A DNA stretch of 64,000 nt from a virus (IMGVR_UViG_2706796186_000001:128001-192000), one strand, 5' to 3'; shown: positions 18,601 through 29,216, counted from the first letter of the stretch. Program-made: numbers and translations. Notes: generated from the sequence alone by a model not told the origin.

Positions 18601-20673
18601 CTGATCGCCGAGGTAGCCACTGACCGTGCCGTTCGCGTCGAACGAGGCAGGGAATTCACTCCGATACACCTGTTTGTGTTTGGTGTAGTTCAGTGTTCCT
18701 TCTAGCATGACTGTGTAGAAATATCCGTCGCTGCCTAAACAGACAAGTGCCGCATCGCCTGACGCAACCAGTGTGAGTAGCCGGACACCGGGATACTTAC
18801 TCATTCCCGCTGGGTGGTATGGGAACGACGTCTGCTGCTCCCCTGCAATTGACCCATCGTTGTTTACACGGGCATAGCCGTAGTAAATGCGATCGGTGTT
18901 CGGCAATCCGTCGTTTGCATTGCGTAACAGGTAAACGATGTCTCCTTCCTGCTTGACTGCCCCCAACCCTTTCCAGCTCAGCTGTTTCGCAAAACCGGCA
19001 AAATTCCCCACCGTTGGAATAGGCAGGAACCCACTGTTACCGTACGAGGCACCCCCAGTCGTCCACGACGGCAACAGACCGTCCAACACGTCTTTGTACG
19101 TATTAAGGCGCTGTTGTACGTTATAGCCCTGCTTTGACGTCACCACTTTGTTCGTGGTGGTATCAATCGCATCCCACAGTTGCAACAGACCTGCGTCCGT
19201 ATCAGACGCCGTTGGTACGCCCGTCAGGTCGGCAAACGTGTGCGTGTGGTTTGCCAGAGCCTTATTTGCCAACACCGCACGAATGGCGTTGGTCAACGGT
19301 TTCTCAGCAGGCGCGGTGTTGTTGATGTTACCCACACCTAAATCGGCGGTCGTTAAGGTAAGGGACTGTTTCGTACCGTCATCAATGAACTTCTTCCCGT
19401 TAATGGTGTACGTGTTGTCCACGTAATCATCCAGCGTCTTTTTCAGGACGTTAACAGCATACTGCGAAATCGCGGTACCCGAAGAAATATTTGCAGACAG
19501 GTTGGTGATAGCAAACAGCCCCGGCACTTTGTCAGTTGCCGTGGGCAGTTGCGCGTTCATGGTCAGTGGAGAAGACTGCTTCGCTGTACCGAATACCTTG
19601 ATGGTGTCGGTTGGAGAAAAGTAAGCGTTCCCCGGTAAGAGTTTTACTTCGGACAGGTACAACGAGACCATGTCCGGTGTGACCAGATATGCACCGTTAA
19701 AGATGGGTGCCACTGCGCCGTTGAGCACATAAGCCGTGTTCAGCCCCGAGCCCAACTCAACCCCCACACCCCGTTCGTTACTGTCTGCATCAGCAGTGAT
19801 GTTGATAGCACGGGTGGTGGTAATAAGGAACTTATCGCCTTGCAGGGTGATAACATGGCTCGAGTCGGCGGTACGGAATGTCAACGCACCGTTATTCAGC
19901 ACCTTGAGGCGACCACGCAGTTCACCAAGCACCACAGGCATCAGGGTATCGATGTGAGCTTGCTGAATGCCGTTTGCTTTCATGATAGCGACTAACTCAT
20001 CCAGCGTTTTACCGAATGCCTTCGTCGAGTCTACCGCTTTGGTCAGTACCTTTAACGCCCCAATCTCATCCGCAGTGTATTGGTGTGCGTTTTTGATACG
20101 ATGGTGGCTGTACATGTTGTCGTCGAAAATCTTTTTACCGTTGGCAAAAATCAAATCGGTGACCTCGGCGTACGCCACATCCATATCGCCTGCCCGCTTA
20201 ATCAAACCTTGACGGATATCATCCAGCGCTTTCACGACTTCATCGCGGAGCAGGGCTTCATCTAAGTTGGCAGGTGGGTCAATTGCAGGAACCACTGGTG
20301 CATAACGCATCAGTTCAGACCAGTCGGTGTTACGCGGGTCTTTGATGTCCTCTTTCACCAAGAACTTGCCAATCTCGGTCTGTGGTACGCGGTATTCGCG
20401 ACCAATCGAATAGATCGTGTAGTCAACAGAGGTGTCTCCGTTAATCAACATAATCCCGCCGTAGATTTGGTCTTTCATTGCGACAGCGGCTTCTTTATAA
20501 TAGTAGCCGAGGTAGTAATCCAGACCCTCAATGAGCTTCACGCCTGCGCTGTTTTTCAGCTCAAGCCCGGTACGGAAGAACGGCCCCTCAGGAGGGATGA
20601 CCACATTGTATTTGTTCGGATATGTGGTCGTCAGTAGCGTACCGGTAAATTTGGCTACGTTCGTGCTCGCCAT
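15682..20673 (-). CDS. giant tail fibre protein (1663 aa)
   Basis: GPFF..GLDY N-terminal domain; LPTAT..G, LGVGNINNT..KP and HTHTFADL fibre motifs; beta-rich distal domains. Confidence 0.8.
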   Translation of the reverse strand: MASTNVAKFTGTLLTTTYPNKYNVVIPPEGPFFRTGLELKNSAGVKLIEGLDYYLGYYYKEAAVAMKDQIYGGIMLINGDTSVDYTIYSIGREYRVPQTEIGKFLVKEDIKDPRNTDWSELMRYAPVVPAIDPPANLDEALLRDEVVKALDDIRQGLIKRAGDMDVAYAEVTDLIFANGKKIFDDNMYSHHRIKNAHQYTADEIGALKVLTKAVDSTKAFGKTLDELVAIMKANGIQQAHIDTLMPVVLGELRGRLKVLNNGALTFRTADSSHVITLQGDKFLITTTRAINITADADSNERGVGVELGSGLNTAYVLNGAVAPIFNGAYLVTPDMVSLYLSEVKLLPGNAYFSPTDTIKVFGTAKQSSPLTMNAQLPTATDKVPGLFAITNLSANISSGTAISQYAVNVLKKTLDDYVDNTYTINGKKFIDDGTKQSLTLTTADLGVGNINNTAPAEKPLTNAIRAVLANKALANHTHTFADLTGVPTASDTDAGLLQLWDAIDTTTNKVVTSKQGYNVQQRLNTYKDVLDGLLPSWTTGGASYGNSGFLPIPTVGNFAGFAKQLSWKGLGAVKQEGDIVYLLRNANDGLPNTDRIYYGYARVNNDGSIAGEQQTSFPYHPAGMSKYPGVRLLTLVASGDAALVCLGSDGYFYTVMLEGTLNYTKHKQVYRSEFPASFDANGTVSGYLGDQTREQTIVYKGKVYILHLELTNTQYSVYALVGSVSGDKMVYTPAALKGGNSVNGISVLLRANTDTDATDPATQGTTYVTEAGKVRWGNLRNIAHNIATYAVAQRENMTRVGILSTLLLLSPDDSYGRFTWATSFQIDMDTLTVSLDNADIFPFKIDADDVYLATGTKLKEAGWKVRFPYGNADNRMRVFQGVGQRAWSIYDQSQDTLPNGLAHSTMDADFYDFIAGDHKSGYTSLANWQFTGGIGSVYSVGQSHPVYLGNNAYLFSPANANSAVYVEVDPNTTYGPAYLGAGPSNVRRNFSVDDYYALADMTWCATSTLQSGKLNGAYWNGPGVKRYQAVGAVPKADTLTLSSDTWNKITAALKAAAPAGEVADSIANPINLLFSVWAIRPLDANPIWIAQMSYYALYNGNKRLGNVTFQIYPSVVNGVVQLVTTTADVVYTNIATYSNLQLIQNTNYSGHSSRMGQPIFYEKGDGTGIMHLPNFMIRQVVGSSAAYHLELIFSLNGGKLTATKAGVLGSTFYNYATILSFVGERMLRSNGQVISPSYFAGPSAPPNDFVAAGVTNYTPAGNVAIVAGVKTAEGWELYITESESLRFGSDYYTLDAYNQNLKTLFPGAYQNRTFYMHAAVVNGKPEYQLLTQKMPDTDTRLFIGTVVTDSQRILSSEFTKVKRLGELKQLAEHTATVYSHDVNVDSEARLSRLGLLRKQPLSAPAATGDGYLDMSQIGPVFASQSHKVPIELLRDAPVATLPKDYKKFTMKGANFGQASDVDNAYLVGIPGMSAVISIAWKMIVEITPSTPTVKIKLKSGYSLGSGTIGCTNANLDVSATFSSALAEVTLAAEVGVKNTFVFNGINGGQTTAFAAFSVSNVDNGTATVFYISDAATVAIRAITNVQGAAGRITGGVLDVYKVAMPAGVSIDDYFPIVHGDVIFRQPIPMLIADNALYIGNGVNYYGGTVTPSKLTVNLMPKLP

Positions 20674-20696
20674 GAAAAAACACTCCTACGTATTGA

Positions 20697-20749
20697 TAAA
20701 AGGTTACCGCCCTCTCGGGCGGTAGCTTGCGGGTATCACGCCCGCAAGC
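20697..20749 (-). terminator. tandem hairpins / attenuating terminator between fibre genes
   Basis: gcttgcggg..cccgcaagc immediately followed on the minus strand by taccgccc-gaga-gggcggta and a short T run. Confidence 0.6.
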
Positions 20750-20759
20750 GTGTACCCCT

Positions 20760-23700
20760 TTATACCCACTGACCGAAGTCAGTTCCATCTGTGGTGCGCT
20801 CAGCGTCCATCTTAGCCTGCAACACATTCCACAGCCTCGTGGTCATGTGTAGCGGGTTTATCCTTTTCGCTGTATAGCGGTCAGCGACAAACCACATCGC
20901 ATCCGCTACGGTATTTTCCGTTATCGTGGTGAGTAGTGTACCGCCCGCATCGTAGAGTTCGTACGTGAACTCCAGTTTCAACGGATCGGATGTGTACCCC
21001 GGAAGGTACGCCAGCTGAAGTTTCAAATCCCCACGACGGGCCGGTACCGGAACGCCGAGTTCACCGCCAAGGGATGAAGCGTAAGCCACATTTATCACCT
21101 GTCCACCAATGGCAAGCTGACGCACCGCATTGGCTTGTGTGCCTTTGACGATTTTCAGTTTGGCCACTTTGGAGGACTGCGGGAGATTGTACTCAACCAG
21201 CATGCCTGAGATAAGGAAGTTCGTGCCGTCAGAGCTGCCGGGTTTTCCGAACCAGTTGCCGTTCGTGTCGACAGAGTGAACCGACTGGAGCAGCGCATCC
21301 CGGTTAAACGCCAGTGGCAGGTAACCTGCGTGTGACGCATGGAAGGAACGACACCCCATCGGGACTAACTGGTATTCGGTATACCGCACGTCAGGTACGA
21401 ACACTCCCGCAGGTAACACCACGGTCGCATTCTTCACCGACGTGTTCGGCAGCACACCCGAATCGGCATACGACTCGAACAGCGAACGAAGGTACTGGTA
21501 GGCATCTTCAACAAACCCAATCCCGTCCAGCGGAGCCACAGACCCCAGAAGGCTACAGACACTCGTACCACCACCCAACGGTGGCAGTTCAAGTCCAACG
21601 AAGCCACCCATCAGTCCCCGGACATCAACATCGAACTGAATCTCCAGCTCATTAATGAGCAAAGAGCCATCGACGTCGTTTGGATTGCCCGCGAAGTACA
21701 CGCTGAACACCGACAGTTTCCGAAGCGTGACGTTGTACGAGTAACGCACCGCCAATCTCGGAGAGCCTGCTTTCAGTGTGGTCAAATCCATCACCCCCAA
21801 GACCGCTGACGCTTCATTCTTCCGAAGTGACGTCGTCTTGGAATACAGGATGTTGGATTCAAACGTTGGCAATGTCGTATTGACACCCGCATGGGTAGCG
21901 ATAGCGTTAACGTAGCCGTAATCCGGTTCAGTCACACCATCGAGTGGCACGCGCAGATAGCGGTTTCGGTAATCCGCAGGCACACTCCCAAGGGTTGGGC
22001 TGGCAAACAACAAGGCCGGTAACGGTTGTGCGAACAGTCCGTTGGTCTGGTATTCTTCGTACACTAACCCACCTTGGAACGTCGGTGCCCCATTCGCCTT
22101 CGGGTTGGATGGGGTGAACCACCATTGCGGTGTTTGCTCCGTCGTCTCCAGCAGCATGTACGCTTTTTTCGTGGTGCTGTTGCGTGACATCTGCGCCAGT
22201 CCGTACACCGTCTCGGCTCCGGCAGTGACTTCACCGTAGAGGGCCGATGGTGAATTGAACCGCAGTTTACCAATCGGCAACATCGCCAGATTATCCGTCA
22301 GTGTCCAATCACGGGCCGCTGGGATATGTTGTTGCAAACTGGCTATATGGTCGGACGCCTCGTTGGAAATCCCGTAATCGCGCATCATCGGGAAACTGAC
22401 GGTCGGGGTAGTGATGCCGCCCGCAGGGACATCAACCACACCAATCAAGGCGGTTTCCGGTGAAACCTCATTTGTCGGTTGCGGTTCAGCACGACTGTAC
22501 ATGGATTGAGTTACCATGTTCAGATACAGGAAGTGACGATTACCGAACGTTGGGGTCATGAACTCCCCAAGCTGGGTGATCGGCGTCCCGACGTCACTGC
22601 GGTAAATCGGCAGAGATTCGTCATAAACCTCAAAGGCCATCGCCGCAGCTTTCGTCGCGTCATTGCAGTCCGCACGAATCCCCAAGCAGGCAGATTGTTT
22701 TGCGGAGTCCACATCGACTTCCAAGAAGAACGGCGAGTTGCCCGTCCCCACTTCCTGACCATCCAGATAGACCGTCACCTTACCACCCGCCACGATATAC
22801 AGCCTCAGCGTTCCTGTGTACGATTTTAAGCGTAGTTTGGACAGCAGAGAGATAACGGACAGGTTACCCATCCCATTGGCACTCAAGCCGATAGGCGTCG
22901 CTTTTAAGGCGAAGTTGGGTTTGGAGGAAATGGCGGAGAAGTCAAAGTTCGCTGCGGTGTTCTTCACCGCAGGCGTCCAGTTACGCTCCATCGTGTTGTT
23001 CGGACTGAACCAGTTGAACATCGGGGTGGTTTCGAGGTTAATCGACCCACTTACCTTCCCCTCAGCCCGGTCATTCCCCCGCAGATAGAAATACTGGAGG
23101 TCTTTGACTTGAAGGATACGGCCAGATGCAACCGACCACGTTGAAGCATCGATGATGGAGAAATCTGTTGACACTCCGGTTTTCACCGACTTCAACGCAT
23201 CACTAATCGCATCCAAACGATCGCTCAAGCGCTTCATGACGTTCGGTGTCACACCTTTACTGCCGGACAGACCATCGTCCAAATCGGTGTACCGTCCCAG
23301 ACCCTCAGTGGCGTTCGTTGCCAGTGGCAAGTTTAAGGATGCAAATGTGTGCTTGTGTCCTTTATCACTCAACCCATCCATTGCGGTAGATTGGTCAGCA
23401 GAGACCGGTTTGTTGACGTCAGCAGTGTTATCTGCTTGGCTCAGACCAATATCTGACTTGGTCATCACACGCGCCCCGTCGTCCATTGGTTTGGAGTTGA
23501 GCATGGTGGTTTTCGCCACATAGCCCGACGCCTTACCTTCATACGGCTGCAACGAGTCTGGGGTCGAAGCAACACCACTGACTTCGTCGCCCACACCCGA
23601 CTTTAACACCGCGGTACCTTTTACGGTGGTGGTGGCAGACGGTAGCGTCAGTGAGGCTTTAACCGGGTCGGCTTTTGAACCTTTACCAGTGACTGAAATA

Positions 23701-24839
23701 CCACCACGCCCCTGAACGTAAATCTTCTGGTCGTCCGGGTCGCTGGTTTGTCCGCTCTCAGTCGGTTGGTATTTCATCAGTAACGTGGTCGTGAGCAACA
23801 CTTTCCCGTTCAGGGTCAGCTTGTCCATCCCGAGCGCATTACCTGATGACTCGATACGCAGGGTGTTCGTTCCCGACGTCCACTCCATGAAACGGGTAGT
23901 GGTATCGTTGGCGTCGTAACCTGCGGCCAGAATAACCGCCCCGTTGCTTTTAATCGTAAAGGCTGTATCGGTGAAGGTGATTTCCGATGTTCCGCTTTTC
24001 GACTTGAACAACGACCGGTTGGCAGCAAGTTGCTGAATAAAGACACCGGAGACATCTTTGCACGCCCACTTCTCGATATACTTATCGATATCGCTTTGCT
24101 GGAGCCCCAAGGCGCGGATTTCAGCCGTCAGGGTACGCAAGGTCTTCCCGTAAGCTAAGAACGTGTCTGGGGTCTTCAGGTTCGCAGGATGTGCGTTCGC
24201 TTGTGCGGACGTCGTCCCGTGGGGGTTGTGTGCCGCAATGTGTGCAGGGTAGTTAAAGGTGGTGATTTCCTTTGCTAATCCGGCAACGGTGACTTTCAGT
24301 GCCGCAAGCTTTGCCTTAACGGCATTGTTCGCGGCCTCAGAATCCAGCTCAACGTCATGCACGGCTGACGCCACGTATTTTTTATTCAGCAGGTCATGCC
24401 ATGAAGTGGCAGCCGGTTTAGGGGGGAAGAACGTCGGGCGATTATCAACCTTAAACCAATCTGCATCCACAGGGTTATTCAGGTATTTAATCAGTTCATC
24501 GAGGATGTCAATGAACGGCGAATAGAACGTATCCCCCAACGCTTGACCTACAAAGGTCAAAGACCCACCGATTTTCGGATTGATGAGTTGGATACCGCAC
24601 GCAACAGGTGTGGCCACCGACTCATTCAGTTCTGGCATCTGGTAGGTTATTTCATAATCGACCCCACGGGTAAGCGGGGTCGTACTGCCGGACGCAGTCA
24701 CCACTAAGCTGACTTCGAAGAACGGGCGGTTTTTCAGAATCACCACCCGGTCATCGGTCTTCTCGTTTGTGATGATGCGTTCTTCCTTGAACGCATTTGC
24801 GGGGCTAGTACCCTTCCAGTCGTAAGGATACGAAACCAT
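20760..24839 (-). CDS. giant tail fibre protein (1359 aa)
   Basis: YPYDWKG..RPFF..RGVDY; HIAAHNPH; IGLSQADNTADVNKPVS; HKHTFASL. Paralogous N-terminal half. Confidence 0.8.
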   Translation of the reverse strand: MVSYPYDWKGTSPANAFKEERIITNEKTDDRVVILKNRPFFEVSLVVTASGSTTPLTRGVDYEITYQMPELNESVATPVACGIQLINPKIGGSLTFVGQALGDTFYSPFIDILDELIKYLNNPVDADWFKVDNRPTFFPPKPAATSWHDLLNKKYVASAVHDVELDSEAANNAVKAKLAALKVTVAGLAKEITTFNYPAHIAAHNPHGTTSAQANAHPANLKTPDTFLAYGKTLRTLTAEIRALGLQQSDIDKYIEKWACKDVSGVFIQQLAANRSLFKSKSGTSEITFTDTAFTIKSNGAVILAAGYDANDTTTRFMEWTSGTNTLRIESSGNALGMDKLTLNGKVLLTTTLLMKYQPTESGQTSDPDDQKIYVQGRGGISVTGKGSKADPVKASLTLPSATTTVKGTAVLKSGVGDEVSGVASTPDSLQPYEGKASGYVAKTTMLNSKPMDDGARVMTKSDIGLSQADNTADVNKPVSADQSTAMDGLSDKGHKHTFASLNLPLATNATEGLGRYTDLDDGLSGSKGVTPNVMKRLSDRLDAISDALKSVKTGVSTDFSIIDASTWSVASGRILQVKDLQYFYLRGNDRAEGKVSGSINLETTPMFNWFSPNNTMERNWTPAVKNTAANFDFSAISSKPNFALKATPIGLSANGMGNLSVISLLSKLRLKSYTGTLRLYIVAGGKVTVYLDGQEVGTGNSPFFLEVDVDSAKQSACLGIRADCNDATKAAAMAFEVYDESLPIYRSDVGTPITQLGEFMTPTFGNRHFLYLNMVTQSMYSRAEPQPTNEVSPETALIGVVDVPAGGITTPTVSFPMMRDYGISNEASDHIASLQQHIPAARDWTLTDNLAMLPIGKLRFNSPSALYGEVTAGAETVYGLAQMSRNSTTKKAYMLLETTEQTPQWWFTPSNPKANGAPTFQGGLVYEEYQTNGLFAQPLPALLFASPTLGSVPADYRNRYLRVPLDGVTEPDYGYVNAIATHAGVNTTLPTFESNILYSKTTSLRKNEASAVLGVMDLTTLKAGSPRLAVRYSYNVTLRKLSVFSVYFAGNPNDVDGSLLINELEIQFDVDVRGLMGGFVGLELPPLGGGTSVCSLLGSVAPLDGIGFVEDAYQYLRSLFESYADSGVLPNTSVKNATVVLPAGVFVPDVRYTEYQLVPMGCRSFHASHAGYLPLAFNRDALLQSVHSVDTNGNWFGKPGSSDGTNFLISGMLVEYNLPQSSKVAKLKIVKGTQANAVRQLAIGGQVINVAYASSLGGELGVPVPARRGDLKLQLAYLPGYTSDPLKLEFTYELYDAGGTLLTTITENTVADAMWFVADRYTAKRINPLHMTTRLWNVLQAKMDAERTTDGTDFGQWV

Positions 24840-24849
24840 TTGCTTCTCC

Positions 24850-27800
24850 TTAATCTCTAAATACGATGGCCTTGTAGTTATTGCCTACGAGTTGCAAGTC
24901 CATCCCCACGTAGTTAATCGCGCTCGGTAGACCGTCACCCCATTTCGCGGCAGCGATGTTGTTGGCGATAACGGATTTCTTGAGGTCAATCGCTTGCGAG
25001 TTTCCGGCCAGCCCTTCGTAAACCCGTACCCGGCCCAACTCACTGTAGTTGTTCAGGTAATCGAGTGCCGTGACATACCGATGCTGTGCGTTGAACTGCC
25101 CGGCAGTATAACTCACCATGATTTTTACCGTCTTGTTCAGCGCAGCCCCAACACCGAAATAAATCGGCTTTTCAGGGGTACTGAGAAGCATGGCGACGTC
25201 GATGTCAGCGGCCGCTAAACGGCTTGTGATATCAGTCGTGCTTTTCTCCCCAGTCTCTACCCGTTCAATCACCATCGTTGACGCCACCGTGGAGAGCGTG
25301 ATCGTGTACTTGATGGTATAGTTGAGCAGCTTCACCGTACCGGTAATGACGATGCTAGGCCCGCGATTCAGGCCATACGTCAATCGTGGGTTGAGCCTGT
25401 CAAACGATGATGCTATCGCGTAACGCGACTCGTCGATACCTAACGTGAACGACGGGGTTGCGCCCGCTGCGCCCCAGTTGCCACACAATGCCAGATTGAC
25501 ACGGTTACCCGCAGGACTGTTGACACCTGAAGTGGTAACAGCCAAGGACAAGGTGCGGAAGGCGGCACCTTTCTTGTACGCCAAGAGGTGTAAGAGTCCA
25601 TCACCCGAAACGGTTGTCTCGTCCGGTGTGAAGTTAACACCCACACCATCAGCGTTTGAGATTGGTGTCAGGTTCACCCATCCAGCACGATAGGTCGTGG
25701 TGACTTGGAAACCACCATCAATGGGGTAGCCTGCCGCTAATGCGGTGAGACCATCGATAGCGAACTCTCGCCAATCACTCCCTACGGTGTTTACCGAGCC
25801 TGACCCACCGGCCCACGAAACACCTTCTTTTCCATAAGTGTACCCAAACGCTGCCTGTGTGATAGCGCGTGGCGTATGGGCACTGACGTTCTCCGCATGG
25901 TCAGACAACTCGCGGTAATCGCCCAAACGCGTTACGTTACGGACACTGGCAGAAATGACACTGTCTTCGTCAGTCACGATGTCGCCAATTCGTGTCATCG
26001 TTTCCGATTCGGCGAGATTGGTACTGTCCTTAATGACATAAACCGCAGCATTATCAACGATGTCTACAAAGATACCAAAGGTGGCATCTACATGGCTTGC
26101 CGGGAACAGTTCTGCGACGTTAAACGTGGTTAGGGGCACCGTGTAATCACGACCAACGAAATAGTTGTTCGCTTTGATGGACACCATCCAGCCCGTGATG
26201 GTTACAGCCGCTTGAATCGCACCGTTACCACTCTCACCATAACGCAAGATATCAATCACCGCATTCGGGTCACTGTTATCCTGCACCGCTTCGAGCTTCG
26301 CCACATCTTTCAGTTGTTGAAGCACGTAGGAACCGTCGAGCGCGAGTGTGGCGTCATTCACCAACCCACCGTAGCGAATAAGACCCGCTTTAGCTGTGGT
26401 AGCCGAACCAATACCAAACGCCGCAGCGTCGTGGGTATGGCCGACTTGGGCATACTTCGCAAACTCGGTAGCCTGTGCGGTCGAGACCGGCAGCGCATCA
26501 TCGCTGATGTTCTCCACACTACCCAGATTCAATGTGTACTTGTCGATGGTCACAGACGAAGCCAACGATACCCCGTTGATATACGCACGGGCCTTCTCCA
26601 GTTTCCCGGTAAAGGTTTGCGCCAGCTTCTTAATCAAAGCCGGGGTCGCAGCCAATGTTTGTGAGTCACCAAACTCACTGGTGAGCAGGCGCATGGCCAG
26701 CGTATTCACATCGGTATCAGACGGCGGGAGGAAAGTCAGGATAAACGGTTGGGTTTCAATCCCGTTACCAGTAATACTAACCGTTGGGGTATTGGCACCG
26801 TAATAGATACCGTCACCCCCACCGCTGTTCCCCGGTAGGTACTGACCGACTGTCGTTGGATCGAGTAAGATTTTGTTGTTCCACCGCAGACCACGCGAGT
26901 CGGGGTAGAGTACAAACGTATTCGCCCCGGCAGTAAACGTAATCGGTTGGTTACCGGCAGACACACGGATGTTGTCACGCGCTAACGCCCGAACCGCTTT
27001 ATCGTCAACCTGCAAATTCGTACCTACACCATTTGACTCAGCGTCTTTTGATGAGGTTACAGATGACAGACCCGGTAACATGGTAAAGGTACCGGTAATC
27101 GTCCGGTCAGCACCGGTACGCAACATCTTGTCTGTGAAGTCTGAGGCTTTCGCACTGAGGCCATTCACATACGTGGCTAATTGCGCCTGTGTACGCCCGT
27201 AGACGAGAGTTGCATCGTCAGCAATACCGTTCTTCTCAATCGCACGCATACGCCCGTAGGAATCGTCACCGTGCGGATTGTTCTTATCAGTGACGTGTGC
27301 AATCGCCGGAGAGGTGCGATACAGCTTATCGACCAACTCGTGATACTTTTTGAGGATGGTTAAGACATCGCTGCCGTCGGAATCGGTGGGGACTTGGGCA
27401 AGCTTTTTACCGATGGCCGCGATGGCGTTCATCAGTTCACGTTCGCCTTTCCAATTTTCCCAATCGAACTGGATATCCACTGGCGGGAAATACACATCCC
27501 CAATGACCATCTCCCACTGACACTCGGACGGGAACACATCTTTATTCCGGTCACGCTCGGCATTAACCTGCGCAGTGCTTCCGACACCGATACCTACCGC
27601 GTGGTAATCCAATGTGAAGTTCTGCGTGTAATTTGGGTTGATTATCCAAACCATGCCGTGGGTGGAACGCCCTGTCCGCTGCATAGAGGTCATATACGGA
27701 TGAGTGATGACGTAGTCCGAGGCCAGCTTTAAAACTTTACCAGCACTTTTGACGACCAACGAACCGGTGTAAAAAGGGCCATTCTTCGGGACCAGCATGC

Positions 27801-27885
27801 GGTACTTCGTACCAATGACGGTTCCCGGCTCACCGGTAATTTTATTACCCGGTAATTTTTGATGCGGGTCAAAGACGACAGCCAT
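24850..27885 (-). CDS. giant tail fibre protein (1011 aa)
   Basis: RBS aaggag. GPFY..SDY; HVTDKNNPH; LGSVENISDDALPVS; HTHD. Paralogue of the two downstream fibres. Confidence 0.8.
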   Translation of the reverse strand: MAVVFDPHQKLPGNKITGEPGTVIGTKYRMLVPKNGPFYTGSLVVKSAGKVLKLASDYVITHPYMTSMQRTGRSTHGMVWIINPNYTQNFTLDYHAVGIGVGSTAQVNAERDRNKDVFPSECQWEMVIGDVYFPPVDIQFDWENWKGERELMNAIAAIGKKLAQVPTDSDGSDVLTILKKYHELVDKLYRTSPAIAHVTDKNNPHGDDSYGRMRAIEKNGIADDATLVYGRTQAQLATYVNGLSAKASDFTDKMLRTGADRTITGTFTMLPGLSSVTSSKDAESNGVGTNLQVDDKAVRALARDNIRVSAGNQPITFTAGANTFVLYPDSRGLRWNNKILLDPTTVGQYLPGNSGGGDGIYYGANTPTVSITGNGIETQPFILTFLPPSDTDVNTLAMRLLTSEFGDSQTLAATPALIKKLAQTFTGKLEKARAYINGVSLASSVTIDKYTLNLGSVENISDDALPVSTAQATEFAKYAQVGHTHDAAAFGIGSATTAKAGLIRYGGLVNDATLALDGSYVLQQLKDVAKLEAVQDNSDPNAVIDILRYGESGNGAIQAAVTITGWMVSIKANNYFVGRDYTVPLTTFNVAELFPASHVDATFGIFVDIVDNAAVYVIKDSTNLAESETMTRIGDIVTDEDSVISASVRNVTRLGDYRELSDHAENVSAHTPRAITQAAFGYTYGKEGVSWAGGSGSVNTVGSDWREFAIDGLTALAAGYPIDGGFQVTTTYRAGWVNLTPISNADGVGVNFTPDETTVSGDGLLHLLAYKKGAAFRTLSLAVTTSGVNSPAGNRVNLALCGNWGAAGATPSFTLGIDESRYAIASSFDRLNPRLTYGLNRGPSIVITGTVKLLNYTIKYTITLSTVASTMVIERVETGEKSTTDITSRLAAADIDVAMLLSTPEKPIYFGVGAALNKTVKIMVSYTAGQFNAQHRYVTALDYLNNYSELGRVRVYEGLAGNSQAIDLKKSVIANNIAAAKWGDGLPSAINYVGMDLQLVGNNYKAIVFRD

Positions 27886-27916
27886 TTTCTACTCCTTAAT
27901 ATCCAAGTCGTCGAGT

Positions 27917-27927
27917 TCATACTATGA
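27917..27927. promoter_or_regulatory. putative back-to-back TATG late promoters
   Basis: Palindrome tcata-c-tatga in the 66-bp gap between divergent genes. TATG is the short phiKZ late-promoter motif. Confidence 0.45.
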
Positions 27928-27951
27928 CCTGAACCCTTAGAGGAATCGCTT

Positions 27952-29211
27952 GTGGATGCTATTTATCAAGTGCGGGGCGACTGTGCATTTGGCTTCTCCA
28001 GAGACACCCGGACTTGGGTTGCCATCGACGTTTCCCAGCCATTAAAAACACTCTGTGGGAATTACCACACCTTTGAAGTGGGGTTAGAATCCCTCGGACA
28101 CGAGTTTACCTTATTCAGTCTGTATTACTTAGGCGAACTCCAGCAGCGTTCTGATACGTTGCAAGACTGGTTAAACACCAAAGCAGGGGTAAGCTTAGCC
28201 TTGCTGAAAGATGGGCTGCCTAAGCTCGAATTCGTAGAAGGCCATTACCAGTGCCTGAATGCGCCTGTGGGGCCGGAAGCCTACTTGTGCCCACCGAACT
28301 ACCACTACAGTCAAGACTTTGCGTTAGACGACGCCAGCGACATGGTCGTGCTGGCAACCGGGGACGATCGTCAGACACTGGCTACCAATGCGTTGTTCAA
28401 CATAAACGGCCAATGGGTACCACACAAACAAGACAGTGTCGGTGTTCGCTTACCGGGCGCGGGTAATATTGTTCGTCGTAGTGGGCAGTCTGATATCGGC
28501 TGTTGGTTCTTTGATGATATTGGGTCTGTTGAAACCTACCCGATGAAAGACCTGACCCTTACTAAGTTGGATACGACACGCGACTACCACTCCACTCTGA
28601 TGGTGTCTCTCCCAACGAGCATTACTGGGAAAACCGTCGGGTATGTGATTGGTGGTATCCTGTACTGGTTGAAGCCAGAGTTCTATTTCAGTGACAAAGC
28701 CATTATGTTGAGTCTGCCGAACATGAGCCTGATTAAAACCATCATGGAAACCCGTGAGTATTACGACTGGGAGAAAATCGGCATCGGTGATTTGTCCACC
28801 CCGACCTCCGTGAATGCGCTCAAGAACCCAGAGAACTTCAAAGCGTTACTCCAGCACGAATCCAGTTTCATCGTGTTGGTCGATAACCCGTATTTGGAGT
28901 TTGAAGAACTTGGTCTCAATCACGGTGCGTCGTATGGTCGTTTCCACTTGCGTGACCCGAATGACATTGACAGCGAAAAGCCTCTTGGCCCGCTGTTCAA
29001 CCAATTCGGTAAATGCGTCGGTTACTGGCCAACGTGGGAAGACGGGGAGTGGACATTCCACACCGGGGAACTGACTCGACCTAATTGGCTGTTTAACCGC
29101 AGCAAGTGGCAGAACCAAAGTCTGGTAAATGATGCCATCCCGATTCACAGCTACCAGCCGTACCGCGTCATCAATGCGCACATGAAGCGCGTCAAGGCAC
29201 GAAAAAAATAA
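27952..29211 (+). CDS. conserved jumbo-phage protein, probably virion structural
   Basis: 419-aa ORF, GTG start with RBS gagga, located within the structural block. Confidence 0.65.
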   Translation: MDAIYQVRGDCAFGFSRDTRTWVAIDVSQPLKTLCGNYHTFEVGLESLGHEFTLFSLYYLGELQQRSDTLQDWLNTKAGVSLALLKDGLPKLEFVEGHYQCLNAPVGPEAYLCPPNYHYSQDFALDDASDMVVLATGDDRQTLATNALFNINGQWVPHKQDSVGVRLPGAGNIVRRSGQSDIGCWFFDDIGSVETYPMKDLTLTKLDTTRDYHSTLMVSLPTSITGKTVGYVIGGILYWLKPEFYFSDKAIMLSLPNMSLIKTIMETREYYDWEKIGIGDLSTPTSVNALKNPENFKALLQHESSFIVLVDNPYLEFEELGLNHGASYGRFHLRDPNDIDSEKPLGPLFNQFGKCVGYWPTWEDGEWTFHTGELTRPNWLFNRSKWQNQSLVNDAIPIHSYQPYRVINAHMKRVKARKK

Positions 29212-29216
29212 CCTGT

